From positions 239,159 through 303,158 of the forward strand of contig CP179887.1 of assembly GCA_047456295.1 (NCBI GenBank): a stretch of 64,000 nt of DNA, given 5' to 3'. The notes beneath the pieces were generated by a model, which worked only from the letters and a program-made list of their open reading frames with translations, had not been told where the DNA came from and searched no databases. This stretch comes from Candidatus Nealsonbacteria bacterium. Its GTDB lineage: Bacteria > Patescibacteriota > Minisyncoccia > Minisyncoccales > JANBVM01. The translations under genes and the position numbers were made by a program. Positions 52,650-61,081 of this stretch are shown here, piece by piece. Every line of letters starts with the position of its first letter. Position 1 is the first letter of the stretch.

Positions 52650-52845
52650 GTCCTAATTATCTACAACTAAAGCCAGAGAGAAAAACTCTCGGGCTACAAA
52701 CTCCCCAACTCGGTCTGGAATCCTAATTTTAAGAGAAAATCGGGCGATTTTGAGGAGTTTTAAAAACGCCCCTCGGTCTTCCTTCGCCAAGGCTTCAGAC
52801 GGATAAATCGGAGCTTTTTTTCGGAAAATGAGACAGTATAGAAAG

Positions 52846-52879
52846 TAATAAAAAGAGGTTAGAAAAAAATTATCTAACC
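52846..52879 (-). terminator. hairpin terminator after the helicase gene
   Basis: The minus strand reads GGTTAGA-taattttttt-TCTAACC followed by TCTTTTTATT, starting 6 nt after the stop codon. Confidence 0.5.
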
Positions 52880-52884
52880 TATAC

Positions 52885-55800
52885 TTATTTATATTTTTGG
52901 ATATCTTCCAACTCTGCTTGAACCTTTTTGATATTCTGGTCAGTATTATACATCTCTCGACTTACACTTTCTATCTTTCCCCAAGTCTCATTGATGGTCT
53001 TTTTTAATTTTGATATAAAACTCCGTTTCTCATTAATCCAACCTTGAACTTCCTCTGGATCATAGGCGTCTCTTTTTATATCTTCGCATTCTGAAATCTC
53101 TCCTTCCACCTTTTCAATAAGACCTTTATTTTTGTCCAATGTGCTATTCCATCTATCTATATTATCTTGATCGCGCATCATATCTTCTTGTAACTCATAT
53201 AAATATTCTTCTTTTTTCCGCCGTCTTTCTTCAATAACTTCTCTAGAAACTAATTTAAGAAATCCTGATTCGGGGTCAACTTTTGATACATTCAATAAAA
53301 GTTCTTCTCCTTCAGATGGAATACCTATTGACTGGTCTAAATCCGTGCCGAAAGCAAATGCAGAAGTGCCGTCTTCAAAAACCATATCTATTGTATCAAT
53401 GTTTTCGCCTGTCTCATCATAAATAACTTTTTCTACAATTCCCGTAATTGAATCTCCTTGGTTTAAACTTGATAGTCTTTCTTTAAGTTTTAAAGAAACG
53501 ATTTTAACGTCGAAGCAATATTGCCAAGAATGTCTTTTTATGAAATCAGCAATCTCTGGACGGACACGCCATTTTAAATATTCAATACAGAAAGGAGTAA
53601 ACAATTCACCTTTATCAATATCGTATTCCCAATCCCTGGGTTTTGTTTTATATTCTTCCTCTGTGAGATTAATTGATATTTTATCTCTTTCATATCGTTT
53701 AGATGAAAGTTTAACTATAATTTCTTGACCAATTTTGAGATTATCAATTTCTCCTCTGATTAAATATTTTTTATCAATGACAGTTTCGAAACTATGAACC
53801 ACCCCTAGTTCTCTGGGAACAACGACCGTAATTCTTTCTTCCCTGATATCTTCTATGTATCCTTTTAGATTAACCCTATTAATCCTGCTATCATTATTGA
53901 ATATCTCTTTTTTAATTTTTTTCAGGTCCTGGATAATCCGATCAATATTACTTAATTTAGGACAACCTGCTCTATTAAAATCTTTTATGACAAGGTCCAA
54001 TGTTTTTCCTTCGATTCTTTTTAAGCCCGGACCAAAATAAGAAAGACTCATTTCAGCCATCTCTACCGGAATTTCAAATCCATCTTCTGTCACAGCTATA
54101 ATCCAACCACTCTTTCCGTTAGGGTCTCGATTTACTTGATTTATCTTTACCTTGAGATATTCTCCTTTTTTCTCAACTAATCTTTTTCCTTCAATAAAAG
54201 AACTTAAAATAGCTAAAGGTTCACCGTCTTTTTCTATCCATCCGACAATTCTAGCTGGATTACTCCTTTTTTCACTAATCCATATGCCTTCAACAGGGTA
54301 TAATAATTTTTCTTCAAGTAAAAGCTTGTTTTGGAAAGATATCTTTGTCCTGCTGAATTTCGGACGTTCATCTATTGCAGTAAGAATCCTCCTGTACCCT
54401 ATTATAACTGGTGAAGGAGTTTCAATAACTTTCTCTAAATAATACCTTCCGTTTTCTTCTTTCGCATAAACTAAACTGTCAACTGGAAATTTCTGGTCAA
54501 TAAAAAGATCTATGTTTTCCTTGGTTGAAATTTCATCAAACGTCTGAACCGTAAAGGAAGCTGTCGGCAAAAATAATAAATCACCATTAAATACAACTTT
54601 TTTTTCAGTGGCTGCTGTTATAATCGCTCTTTTTCTTTCTTTCCAATTACCGGCACAATGTGGAGAAATCATTCCTATTTCACTTTTTCCTTTTACAGGA
54701 TAAGAAATTACTTCTCCCTTATTTAAATCTACTAACTTCTCCGGCCAAACGACGGGCATTAAAGAACGAACTTTATCAAGCAAACCTATATTAACCTTTC
54801 GACTTTCAGCTTTTTTTGTTTTTTCTCTAAAGCTCTCGATAAACTCATCTGTATCAGAAATAATCTTTTCTAAAATATTACGATTAACAAAATGATATCT
54901 TACCCATTCCCTACCCTTATTCCTAAAGCATAAAGATAGCTTTATTATTAAATCCAAATCATCTCTGCATCCTATTTTCAGACCCTGCTGAATTGCATAG
55001 ACTCTTGCTTTAGTTACAGCTGTCCATCTCTCATCCCAGATTAAAAGACCGTGATAAATATCATATAATTCTGCTCCTGTTCTAATTTCTTCTTCGCAAG
55101 CCGACAATAAAGCAGTCATTGTTTCTGGCAAACAATTTTGTTTCTCTGCCAACTGAATCAAAGCGACCTCATAAGATGGCCTTGGAATATGGAATATTTC
55201 AAGAACTTTATCTGTGACATCTCCTTTATTATCAATGAATTTCTCTCTTTTGGTGGCTCTAGATGACCTTTCTATCTCTAGATTTAACTCTCCTCCGGGA
55301 GACCCGACCCAAGGGATTCTTTCGGTTATACCAGCTGCTTTTAAGGTTAGTAAAGGATCGTCAAGGCAACTCCTGAAAATTTCTGGTCGCGTATATTCAT
55401 TAAACTCTTCTTTAAATATTTCTTCCGAATAAAGGCAATAAACATATCCTTTCTGAACTCTGCCAACTCTTCCCCATCTCTGCTTACAGCCAGCTTTGCT
55501 ATGATGCCTTGCTGACAAAGAAGATATTTCAGTCTCTGGATCCCATTGAGATTCTTTTATGTAACCAGAATCTATTACATACACAACATCGTCTAATGTA
55601 TGCGAAGTTTCAGCGATATTAGTGGTAATTAAAACCCTTCTATTCTCTCCTTTTTGATTAAATCTTTTAGCCACTGCCTTTTCGCCTAATCGGCTGTAAA
55701 TCGGGATAACGGGGATTGAATCTTTTGGATCTATTATTTTTTTTCTCTCCTTAATTAATCTGTAACTCTTCTCAATTGTTGATTCTCCTTGTAAAAAGAT

Positions 55801-56877
55801 TAAAATACTTCCTGTTTCAGTTTCCTTTAAAAACTTCGTAGTAAATTCTGTCACTGTTTCCGCTAATTCATGCCTACTGGGAGGACTCTTTTTATCCTGC
55901 CAAAATTTCTCTCTTTTTTCTTTATTTGAACAAAGCCAACAATCGCAATTCTCAATCGATCCGCCTTTCCAAAAATGGGGCCCGCAGTAATTTTTTTCTT
56001 CTTTCAATGTCTCGGAAAGATCAAAAACATCAACAGATATGCCTTCTTTCTGAAAAGTTTCTTTAAATTCATCAACATTGATAGTAGCTGAAGAAACAAT
56101 AAGCCGTAATTGGGGATGCTTAAGTAACTCATTTTTCAAAAGCATTAATATGGTATCAATATTACAGGTTCTTTGATGGGCTTCGTCTACCATAATCAAA
56201 CTGTATTGACATAAATGACCGTCTCTTATCCAATTTCTTAAAGAGCCATCGGTAACAATTACTCCTAAGTTTTTACGGTCATATCTTTCATCTCCCCTGT
56301 GACGAAGACCAAGAAGCTCCATTTCTCCTATCCCAGAACCACCTAAAAGTTTTTCACCGATTGTTTCGGGAATCCTTTCAACTGCTGAACTCAAGGGCTG
56401 CGTTTGGATAAATTGACCCTGGTGTAGCAAACGTTCAGTGAAATCTCCCGCGTAGTCTAAAGGCGCTAAAATTAATCTGTAAGGGATAAAAGTTGACTTA
56501 CCTGTTCCTGTCGGACTAGCTAATACCACCACCTGGTTTTTATCAAGCTTTTCATAAAGTTCCAGGATATGTTCATCTGTAATTCTAATTTTCATCTCGG
56601 TTTTTTCTATTTCCTTTTTGTTTATCTCTGGATTTCGCTCTCCATGAAAAGTATAAGAATCGTTAGACAAAGAGAAATTCATAAAAAGAATTTCTCCTAA
56701 CTCTATCCCAAAATAAGGGAGTTCAATATCTCTGACATCTTTTTTATGGTCTTTCCTGTGTTTTTTACATCTCTCTGGTATACTTTCTCCTCTTTCTGAC
56801 ATCAGATCATATACTTCTTTCGAAAATTTAAATTCTTCTCCACAATCTTTACATATATATCTAATTTCATTTACCAT
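52885..56877 (-). CDS. giant DEAH/RHA-family (HrpA/DHX-like) helicase with an N-terminal zinc ribbon and a ~780-aa C-terminal extension (OB/S1-like repeats, terminal coiled coil)
   Basis: Motif I ASPTGTGKST (about 56490-56525), II MVDEAH (56176-56193), III SSAT, V TNIAETSHTLDDVVYVIDSG, VI QRWGRVGR. An HA2-like PEIFRSCLDDPLLTLKAAGI follows. The N-terminus has CKDCG...RCKKH. The C-terminus has several S1-like segments and EE/KK-rich heptads. The start is taken as ATG at 56877, 5 nt after AGGTGA; the track ORF extends to GTG at 56886. Confidence 0.8.
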   Translation of the reverse strand: MVNEIRYICKDCGEEFKFSKEVYDLMSERGESIPERCKKHRKDHKKDVRDIELPYFGIELGEILFMNFSLSNDSYTFHGERNPEINKKEIEKTEMKIRITDEHILELYEKLDKNQVVVLASPTGTGKSTFIPYRLILAPLDYAGDFTERLLHQGQFIQTQPLSSAVERIPETIGEKLLGGSGIGEMELLGLRHRGDERYDRKNLGVIVTDGSLRNWIRDGHLCQYSLIMVDEAHQRTCNIDTILMLLKNELLKHPQLRLIVSSATINVDEFKETFQKEGISVDVFDLSETLKEEKNYCGPHFWKGGSIENCDCWLCSNKEKREKFWQDKKSPPSRHELAETVTEFTTKFLKETETGSILIFLQGESTIEKSYRLIKERKKIIDPKDSIPVIPIYSRLGEKAVAKRFNQKGENRRVLITTNIAETSHTLDDVVYVIDSGYIKESQWDPETEISSLSARHHSKAGCKQRWGRVGRVQKGYVYCLYSEEIFKEEFNEYTRPEIFRSCLDDPLLTLKAAGITERIPWVGSPGGELNLEIERSSRATKREKFIDNKGDVTDKVLEIFHIPRPSYEVALIQLAEKQNCLPETMTALLSACEEEIRTGAELYDIYHGLLIWDERWTAVTKARVYAIQQGLKIGCRDDLDLIIKLSLCFRNKGREWVRYHFVNRNILEKIISDTDEFIESFREKTKKAESRKVNIGLLDKVRSLMPVVWPEKLVDLNKGEVISYPVKGKSEIGMISPHCAGNWKERKRAIITAATEKKVVFNGDLLFLPTASFTVQTFDEISTKENIDLFIDQKFPVDSLVYAKEENGRYYLEKVIETPSPVIIGYRRILTAIDERPKFSRTKISFQNKLLLEEKLLYPVEGIWISEKRSNPARIVGWIEKDGEPLAILSSFIEGKRLVEKKGEYLKVKINQVNRDPNGKSGWIIAVTEDGFEIPVEMAEMSLSYFGPGLKRIEGKTLDLVIKDFNRAGCPKLSNIDRIIQDLKKIKKEIFNNDSRINRVNLKGYIEDIREERITVVVPRELGVVHSFETVIDKKYLIRGEIDNLKIGQEIIVKLSSKRYERDKISINLTEEEYKTKPRDWEYDIDKGELFTPFCIEYLKWRVRPEIADFIKRHSWQYCFDVKIVSLKLKERLSSLNQGDSITGIVEKVIYDETGENIDTIDMVFEDGTSAFAFGTDLDQSIGIPSEGEELLLNVSKVDPESGFLKLVSREVIEERRRKKEEYLYELQEDMMRDQDNIDRWNSTLDKNKGLIEKVEGEISECEDIKRDAYDPEEVQGWINEKRSFISKLKKTINETWGKIESVSREMYNTDQNIKKVQAELEDIQKYK

Positions 56878-56928
56878 TTTCATCACCTAGTTTTTTCAAT
56901 AAATATTTAATTTTAAATAACTATTTTT

Positions 56929-56956
56929 AATCTAATCTTTTTTTGGTTTCTGTCAA
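56929..56956 (-). promoter_or_regulatory. candidate promoter of the helicase gene (TTGACA-N16-TAGATT)
   Basis: The minus strand reads TTGACAgaaaccaaaaaaagatTAGATT. Confidence 0.45.
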
Positions 56957-56976
56957 ATAGAAATGAATTTTCAAAT

Positions 56977-57003
56977 AAAAAAGTGGCTTATTTTTAAAGC
57001 CAC
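56977..57003 (-). terminator. intrinsic terminator after the 1,007-aa gene
   Basis: The minus strand reads GTGGCTT-taaaaat-AAGCCAC followed by TTTTTTATTTG. Confidence 0.65.
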
Positions 57004-57029
57004 AATATAATTTAATATTTATTTTTTAT

Positions 57030-60000
57030 TTAGTACCATTCTGAAGCTTCACCATAATAATTATTTCTTATTCCACCAAGTCCTTCTTTTTCTATTGTGT
57101 TTTTTCTTAACCTTGCGCTGATTATCCTCGGTTTCACTACCAACTGGCCTCGATATTTCCTTAAAAGTTCGATTACTGCCCGAAAGGCTCCGACAGCGGC
57201 TGGCGTAAGTCCGGTAGATAAATATATATCTAGCTCTAATCCGTCCCAGTATTCATTTTTCATTTCCGGCCTCCTTATTAATAATGCTCTGAAACTAAGA
57301 CTTAAGTCTTCTTCTTCAACCTCTTTCCTTAACAGCTTAATGATTTCTTCTATCTGTGAGTATACTTCCCTGAAAGCAAATTCTTGCTGATCGGCTGAAG
57401 TTTCTTTTCTCTGTATTTCTACATTTCGGATTAAGGACATTTCAGTAAAGTAATCTACCTCCATATGGCGTAGAGAAACAAGAGATAAGGGCAAGTAATA
57501 GAACTTGCCGGACGGCCTTTTTATTTCCGGAAAGGCAAATAACGAAAGTGGCTCTTCTTGCGTACCGTCGCCATAAGCAACTCTAAGCATTATTTCTTTT
57601 TTTATTTCTTTGCTCTGGTAAAGATAATCTCTGATTCCCTCTACAAAAACATGAGAACGAATTGAATTCATACTTAATGGAGTATTATTCTTTAAAGAAT
57701 CGATAGCTCGACTATGAAGTCTGTCTATTTCTCTTCTGCTACTTATATATTGTTTATCCTTCTTCCTTTCATTTATCGCTAAATGAATTCTTTCTATTAA
57801 TTCTGAAGGGAGCTCGGCCTGTTCTTTGATTTCAGGAGTTTCTAAAATGAGTTCTATGGGTAGAGGTTTCCAAGGTGGATTTATCACCACTATTCCTCCT
57901 TGAACTTCTTCTAAGACTGAGAGTAAATTTGTGTTTTTAATCTTTTTCCGAAATTCCGGTATTTCTGTGGGTCTCACGTATGAAAAAGTTATACCTTGGT
58001 AATCTGAATCTTCTATTTTCAAAGCGTTTAATAAATCTTCGGCTTCTTTATCTTTAAATTCAGCTATCACTGTATAATTCTGAAAAGCTTCTCTTTCTAC
58101 CACTTCGCAGTTAAAAGCGAAATCTTTTCTATACCTGTTTATATCTACTTTTTTAGTAATTAACCTGCCAAAAGTTCTTGCGTCTGTAGAAGCGTTTCGT
58201 AGTCCACTGGGCTTTTTCCATCCCTCTTCTGGAACCTCAATAATCCAAAGCTCCAATGGAGCTCTTCTCTGAGGAAAGTGCCTCATATTCCTTGTACGAT
58301 TCATTCTTTTTTGCACTTCTTCATCTAAAAGAAGATACATTCTGGTCGGAGCAAATAAAATATGCATTCCCTCTACTGTTTCAGATACTTTTACTAAATT
58401 TTTTATTTCTCTTAATATCTTTTCTGGATTCTTATCTTTGTAAATAATATTCAGCATTAAGGTATTAATCATTTCATTGCTTAACAAAAGACAACGAGTT
58501 TTAACTTCCATCTCACAATCCAGCAGCATTTTAACATTATCTTCAATCCATGTTTTATCGTATTCAGGGTCAGCTGAAAATCTTGGTTTTGAAAGTAAAA
58601 TAACTGGTTCTTCTGCTTCTACCCATTTTTCAGATTTATCTATAGTCCAAGACGGCGGAATGCAAAATCTCTGATTACATTTCAAAATCCAAAACTTTTC
58701 TTTTGGCTCCAAATAACATCTTGCTTTTACTTTCTCTATTTCTTCAACAGATACGCCCCCTGTGATATAAGCCATAATTGCCTGCCGGAATCTTGTAGCT
58801 AATAAAGCCGATCTGCCATAATTAAATGATTCTGAATAAAATAATCTATTTTCAGGCAAGTCAGTTCCTAAAATAATGCCTTCGGGCCTTGGAGCATTGA
58901 GAAAAAGCCAAATCACTTCTTCTCTTGTCCATATGCCTTTGCATATTGCTTCTGCAATCATTTCCCTGCTTAGATAACCGGCTTTTTCAAGCTCTATAAT
59001 CTTTTCCTCTATTTCAGGAGACAGATCAAGTAAAACAAAATATAATTTTACCCCTTCTTCATGAAAAATTATTCCTTTTTCAGCCTCTTTAAAATTAATA
59101 CCGTATTTTTCAGCTATCTCTAAAATTTCTTTGGGAATCTCTCTTGGAGCCCTTTTCTCTCTCATCTTCTTAAATTCTTCATGAACTTTGCCATTTATAT
59201 CCTCTCTTATATCCTTGGTAAAGATAATATTCAAAGAGCCGCTGTAATCCCGGGCTCTGCTAAACATTTCATTAACTAATATTCTCACTGCGCTTCCATC
59301 TTTAACAAGCCCTGGCTGGTCAAAGGTATAAAATTCATCTACTTCTAAACAGGCTTTAAAAAAATCATACCTGAATGCGCCCAAAGCTATTATATAATCT
59401 TTAACCCTGCTTATTACTGTTCTCCACTGCCTGATTCCTTTTCCTCTGCCCTCTTCTGCCTCTTTTTGGCGATTTCTCACTTTATTCCAGGCAACAGCAA
59501 GTCTCCTTGATATTTCTTGATGATGTTTAATCCAGTCATTGAAAAATCTCGGCTTCATTTTAAGGAATTCTAAGAATTCTTTTCCTGTCAAATCAACCTC
59601 CACTAACGGAACATCTTTTTTTGTTGCTTTCTCCAAGTCTAAACATAGAGCCCTATTCTTATCAATAGATATAGCTACTAATTTGTTTGATAAATCAGGT
59701 CTTTTTGTCCTTAAAATCTGGGTTGTCTCTAGGACTGACGTCTTTACTTCTTTTGTTGGAGTACCTGAAATATTAAATCCATCTATTATTGCTGAACCTT
59801 CTTCTAAAAGAAATTGACGGTAGGATTGAGGAAATTGTAGCCCAAGAATTCTTTCAAAGAAATCTATTTCTTTAAGAAATCTCTCTTGTTCTATTTTTAT
59901 CAACTGAAGTCTCCTCTTTTTCTCTTCCTTTACCCATTCTGGAAGAGAAATTCCTTCTTTTTTAAGATAATTGCGGTAACAATTATTACAGATAAAGTCT

Positions 60001-60053
60001 TTAACTTTTCTTTTCTTTTTTCCACAAATTGGACATTCTAAATTAGCATTCAT
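57030..60053 (-). CDS. 1,007-aa protein: N-terminal zinc ribbon + SUKH (SMI1/KNR4)-like domain + ~840 aa of unrecognised sequence
   Basis: CPICG..(13)..CNNCY at aa 7-25. FERILGLQFPQSYRQFLLEEGSAIIDGFNISG (aa ~65-96, nt ~59559-59873) fits the SMI1/KNR4 N-terminal pattern. A perfect SD, AGGAGGTG, lies 6 nt upstream of the ATG. Confidence 0.75.
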   Translation of the reverse strand: MNANLECPICGKKKRKVKDFICNNCYRNYLKKEGISLPEWVKEEKKRRLQLIKIEQERFLKEIDFFERILGLQFPQSYRQFLLEEGSAIIDGFNISGTPTKEVKTSVLETTQILRTKRPDLSNKLVAISIDKNRALCLDLEKATKKDVPLVEVDLTGKEFLEFLKMKPRFFNDWIKHHQEISRRLAVAWNKVRNRQKEAEEGRGKGIRQWRTVISRVKDYIIALGAFRYDFFKACLEVDEFYTFDQPGLVKDGSAVRILVNEMFSRARDYSGSLNIIFTKDIREDINGKVHEEFKKMREKRAPREIPKEILEIAEKYGINFKEAEKGIIFHEEGVKLYFVLLDLSPEIEEKIIELEKAGYLSREMIAEAICKGIWTREEVIWLFLNAPRPEGIILGTDLPENRLFYSESFNYGRSALLATRFRQAIMAYITGGVSVEEIEKVKARCYLEPKEKFWILKCNQRFCIPPSWTIDKSEKWVEAEEPVILLSKPRFSADPEYDKTWIEDNVKMLLDCEMEVKTRCLLLSNEMINTLMLNIIYKDKNPEKILREIKNLVKVSETVEGMHILFAPTRMYLLLDEEVQKRMNRTRNMRHFPQRRAPLELWIIEVPEEGWKKPSGLRNASTDARTFGRLITKKVDINRYRKDFAFNCEVVEREAFQNYTVIAEFKDKEAEDLLNALKIEDSDYQGITFSYVRPTEIPEFRKKIKNTNLLSVLEEVQGGIVVINPPWKPLPIELILETPEIKEQAELPSELIERIHLAINERKKDKQYISSRREIDRLHSRAIDSLKNNTPLSMNSIRSHVFVEGIRDYLYQSKEIKKEIMLRVAYGDGTQEEPLSLFAFPEIKRPSGKFYYLPLSLVSLRHMEVDYFTEMSLIRNVEIQRKETSADQQEFAFREVYSQIEEIIKLLRKEVEEEDLSLSFRALLIRRPEMKNEYWDGLELDIYLSTGLTPAAVGAFRAVIELLRKYRGQLVVKPRIISARLRKNTIEKEGLGGIRNNYYGEASEWY

Positions 60054-60104
60054 TTATTACACCTCCTAATATTTAGTTCTAAAAGAACTTTATTAACTAT
60101 TTAT

Positions 60105-60163
60105 AATATATTTAATAATAGTTTTTTGTCAAATTTGCGTAAAATTGTTTTTTAGGTTATAGT
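60105..60163. promoter_or_regulatory. back-to-back divergent promoters between the 1,007-aa gene (-) and the sigma-like gene (+)
   Basis: Minus strand: TTGACA (60132-60127)-N16-TATATT (60110-60105). Plus strand: TTGCGT (60135-60140)-N17-TATAGT (60158-60163), then 8 nt to the ATG at 60172. A palindrome AGTTCT-aaa-AGAACT at 60075-60089 lies in the minus-gene leader. Confidence 0.5.
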
Positions 60164-60171
60164 GATTTATT

Positions 60172-61026
60172 ATGTCTAACAAGAAGATAAAAAAAGATAA
60201 AAAGGATATAAAAAAGAAAGTAAAAGAAGCGACGGAAGAAAAATTAAAACGGGGAATTCAGCAAACTAAACAGCTTCAACAATATTTGAAAAAAATCGAC
60301 AAAATTCCTCCTCTTTCACCAAAAGAAGAAAATAAGTTATGGAAAAAAATAAAAGAAAGAGAAGGTGATAAAAAATTAGAAAATAAGATTTTAAAAGCAA
60401 ATTTAAAACTGGTAGTTTCGACTGCCAAAAAAATCATTAAAAGACCCGATATTAGAGCTCGCTTTACACTTTTAGAGCTAATTTCAATAGGTGAAGAGAG
60501 TTTGCGAGCTACAATTAAAGTTCATAGATGGCACTGGGAAGAAAGAAAAAAGAAATTTTCTTTCTATGTTACTTATGGTATAAAGGGAGATATTTTTCGG
60601 AGTCTGATGGTCAAAGAGCGGAAAGAATACGAAAAAAATATTTTTAGCCCTGACGAAAAAAAAGAACTATTGCTTTACGGAGAAAAAGATGGGAAAGTTG
60701 ACTTAATCGCTAAAATTTATCACAGGGATAAAAAAATAATAATCAAAGCTAAAAATCTTAAGGCGGGAGAAGAACTTTTAAAAGAAATAAATCAAGCACT
60801 TCAAAAAGAAAAATATTTCTCAATTCCTTGGCACGAAGAAAAAAATGGGATAATTTCCTATGGTTTTTTGTTAAAAAAATTAGGAGATCAGGGCTTCCTT
60901 GAAGTTTTAAGAGCTGAATTTCGTGAATATAAAAGCCTTGCTCCCGGGACTGAAGGTGTATTAGCGAATAAAAAATTTAACAGATATAAAATTAAACCCA
61001 ATCTATCACGAATCATTTATAAGTAA
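60172..61026 (+). CDS. sigma-70 region 1.2/2-like domain fused to a C-terminal domain of unknown function (no regions 3 or 4)
   Basis: YLKKIDKIPPLSPKEENKLWKKIKE..GDKKLENKILKANLKLVVSTAKKI aligns to the sigma-70 consensus YLKEIGKIPLLTxEEE..GD..A...LIEANLRLVVSIAKKY. The 2.2-2.4 equivalent, LELISIGEESLRATIKV....KFSFYVTYGIKGDIFRSL, is diverged. Aa ~165-284 are paralogous to the next ORF. Confidence 0.65.
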   Translation: MSNKKIKKDKKDIKKKVKEATEEKLKRGIQQTKQLQQYLKKIDKIPPLSPKEENKLWKKIKEREGDKKLENKILKANLKLVVSTAKKIIKRPDIRARFTLLELISIGEESLRATIKVHRWHWEERKKKFSFYVTYGIKGDIFRSLMVKERKEYEKNIFSPDEKKELLLYGEKDGKVDLIAKIYHRDKKIIIKAKNLKAGEELLKEINQALQKEKYFSIPWHEEKNGIISYGFLLKKLGDQGFLEVLRAEFREYKSLAPGTEGVLANKKFNRYKIKPNLSRIIYK

Positions 61027-61042
61027 GACTTAATAATGATTT

Positions 61043-61071
61043 TTGTCAAATTTTTATTTTTATTGTATAAT
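61043..61071 (+). promoter_or_regulatory. candidate promoter (TTGTCA-N17-TATAAT), 10 nt upstream of the ATG at 61082
   Basis: The plus strand reads TTGTCAaatttttatttttattgTATAATtatcctgcctATG. Confidence 0.55.
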
Positions 61072-61081
61072 TATCCTGCCT

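Noticed and set aside
52857-52879. GGTTAGA...TCTAACC hairpin after the helicase gene considered as a seventh copy of the 44.8-48.4 kb element (shared GTTAGA/TCTAAC)
   Set aside because: Only the 7-nt arms match. None of the inner boxes (ATCGTCC/GGACGAT, CTGGG) are present. It is better explained as a simple terminator.
57870-57881. NPPW tetrapeptide (aa 725-728 of the 1,007-aa protein) resembling motif IV of N6-adenine/N4-cytosine DNA methyltransferases
   Set aside because: No SAM-binding motif I (FxGxG-like) is visible within ~150 aa on either side, and the surrounding sequence does not fit an MTase fold. I treat it as coincidental unless a profile search says otherwise.
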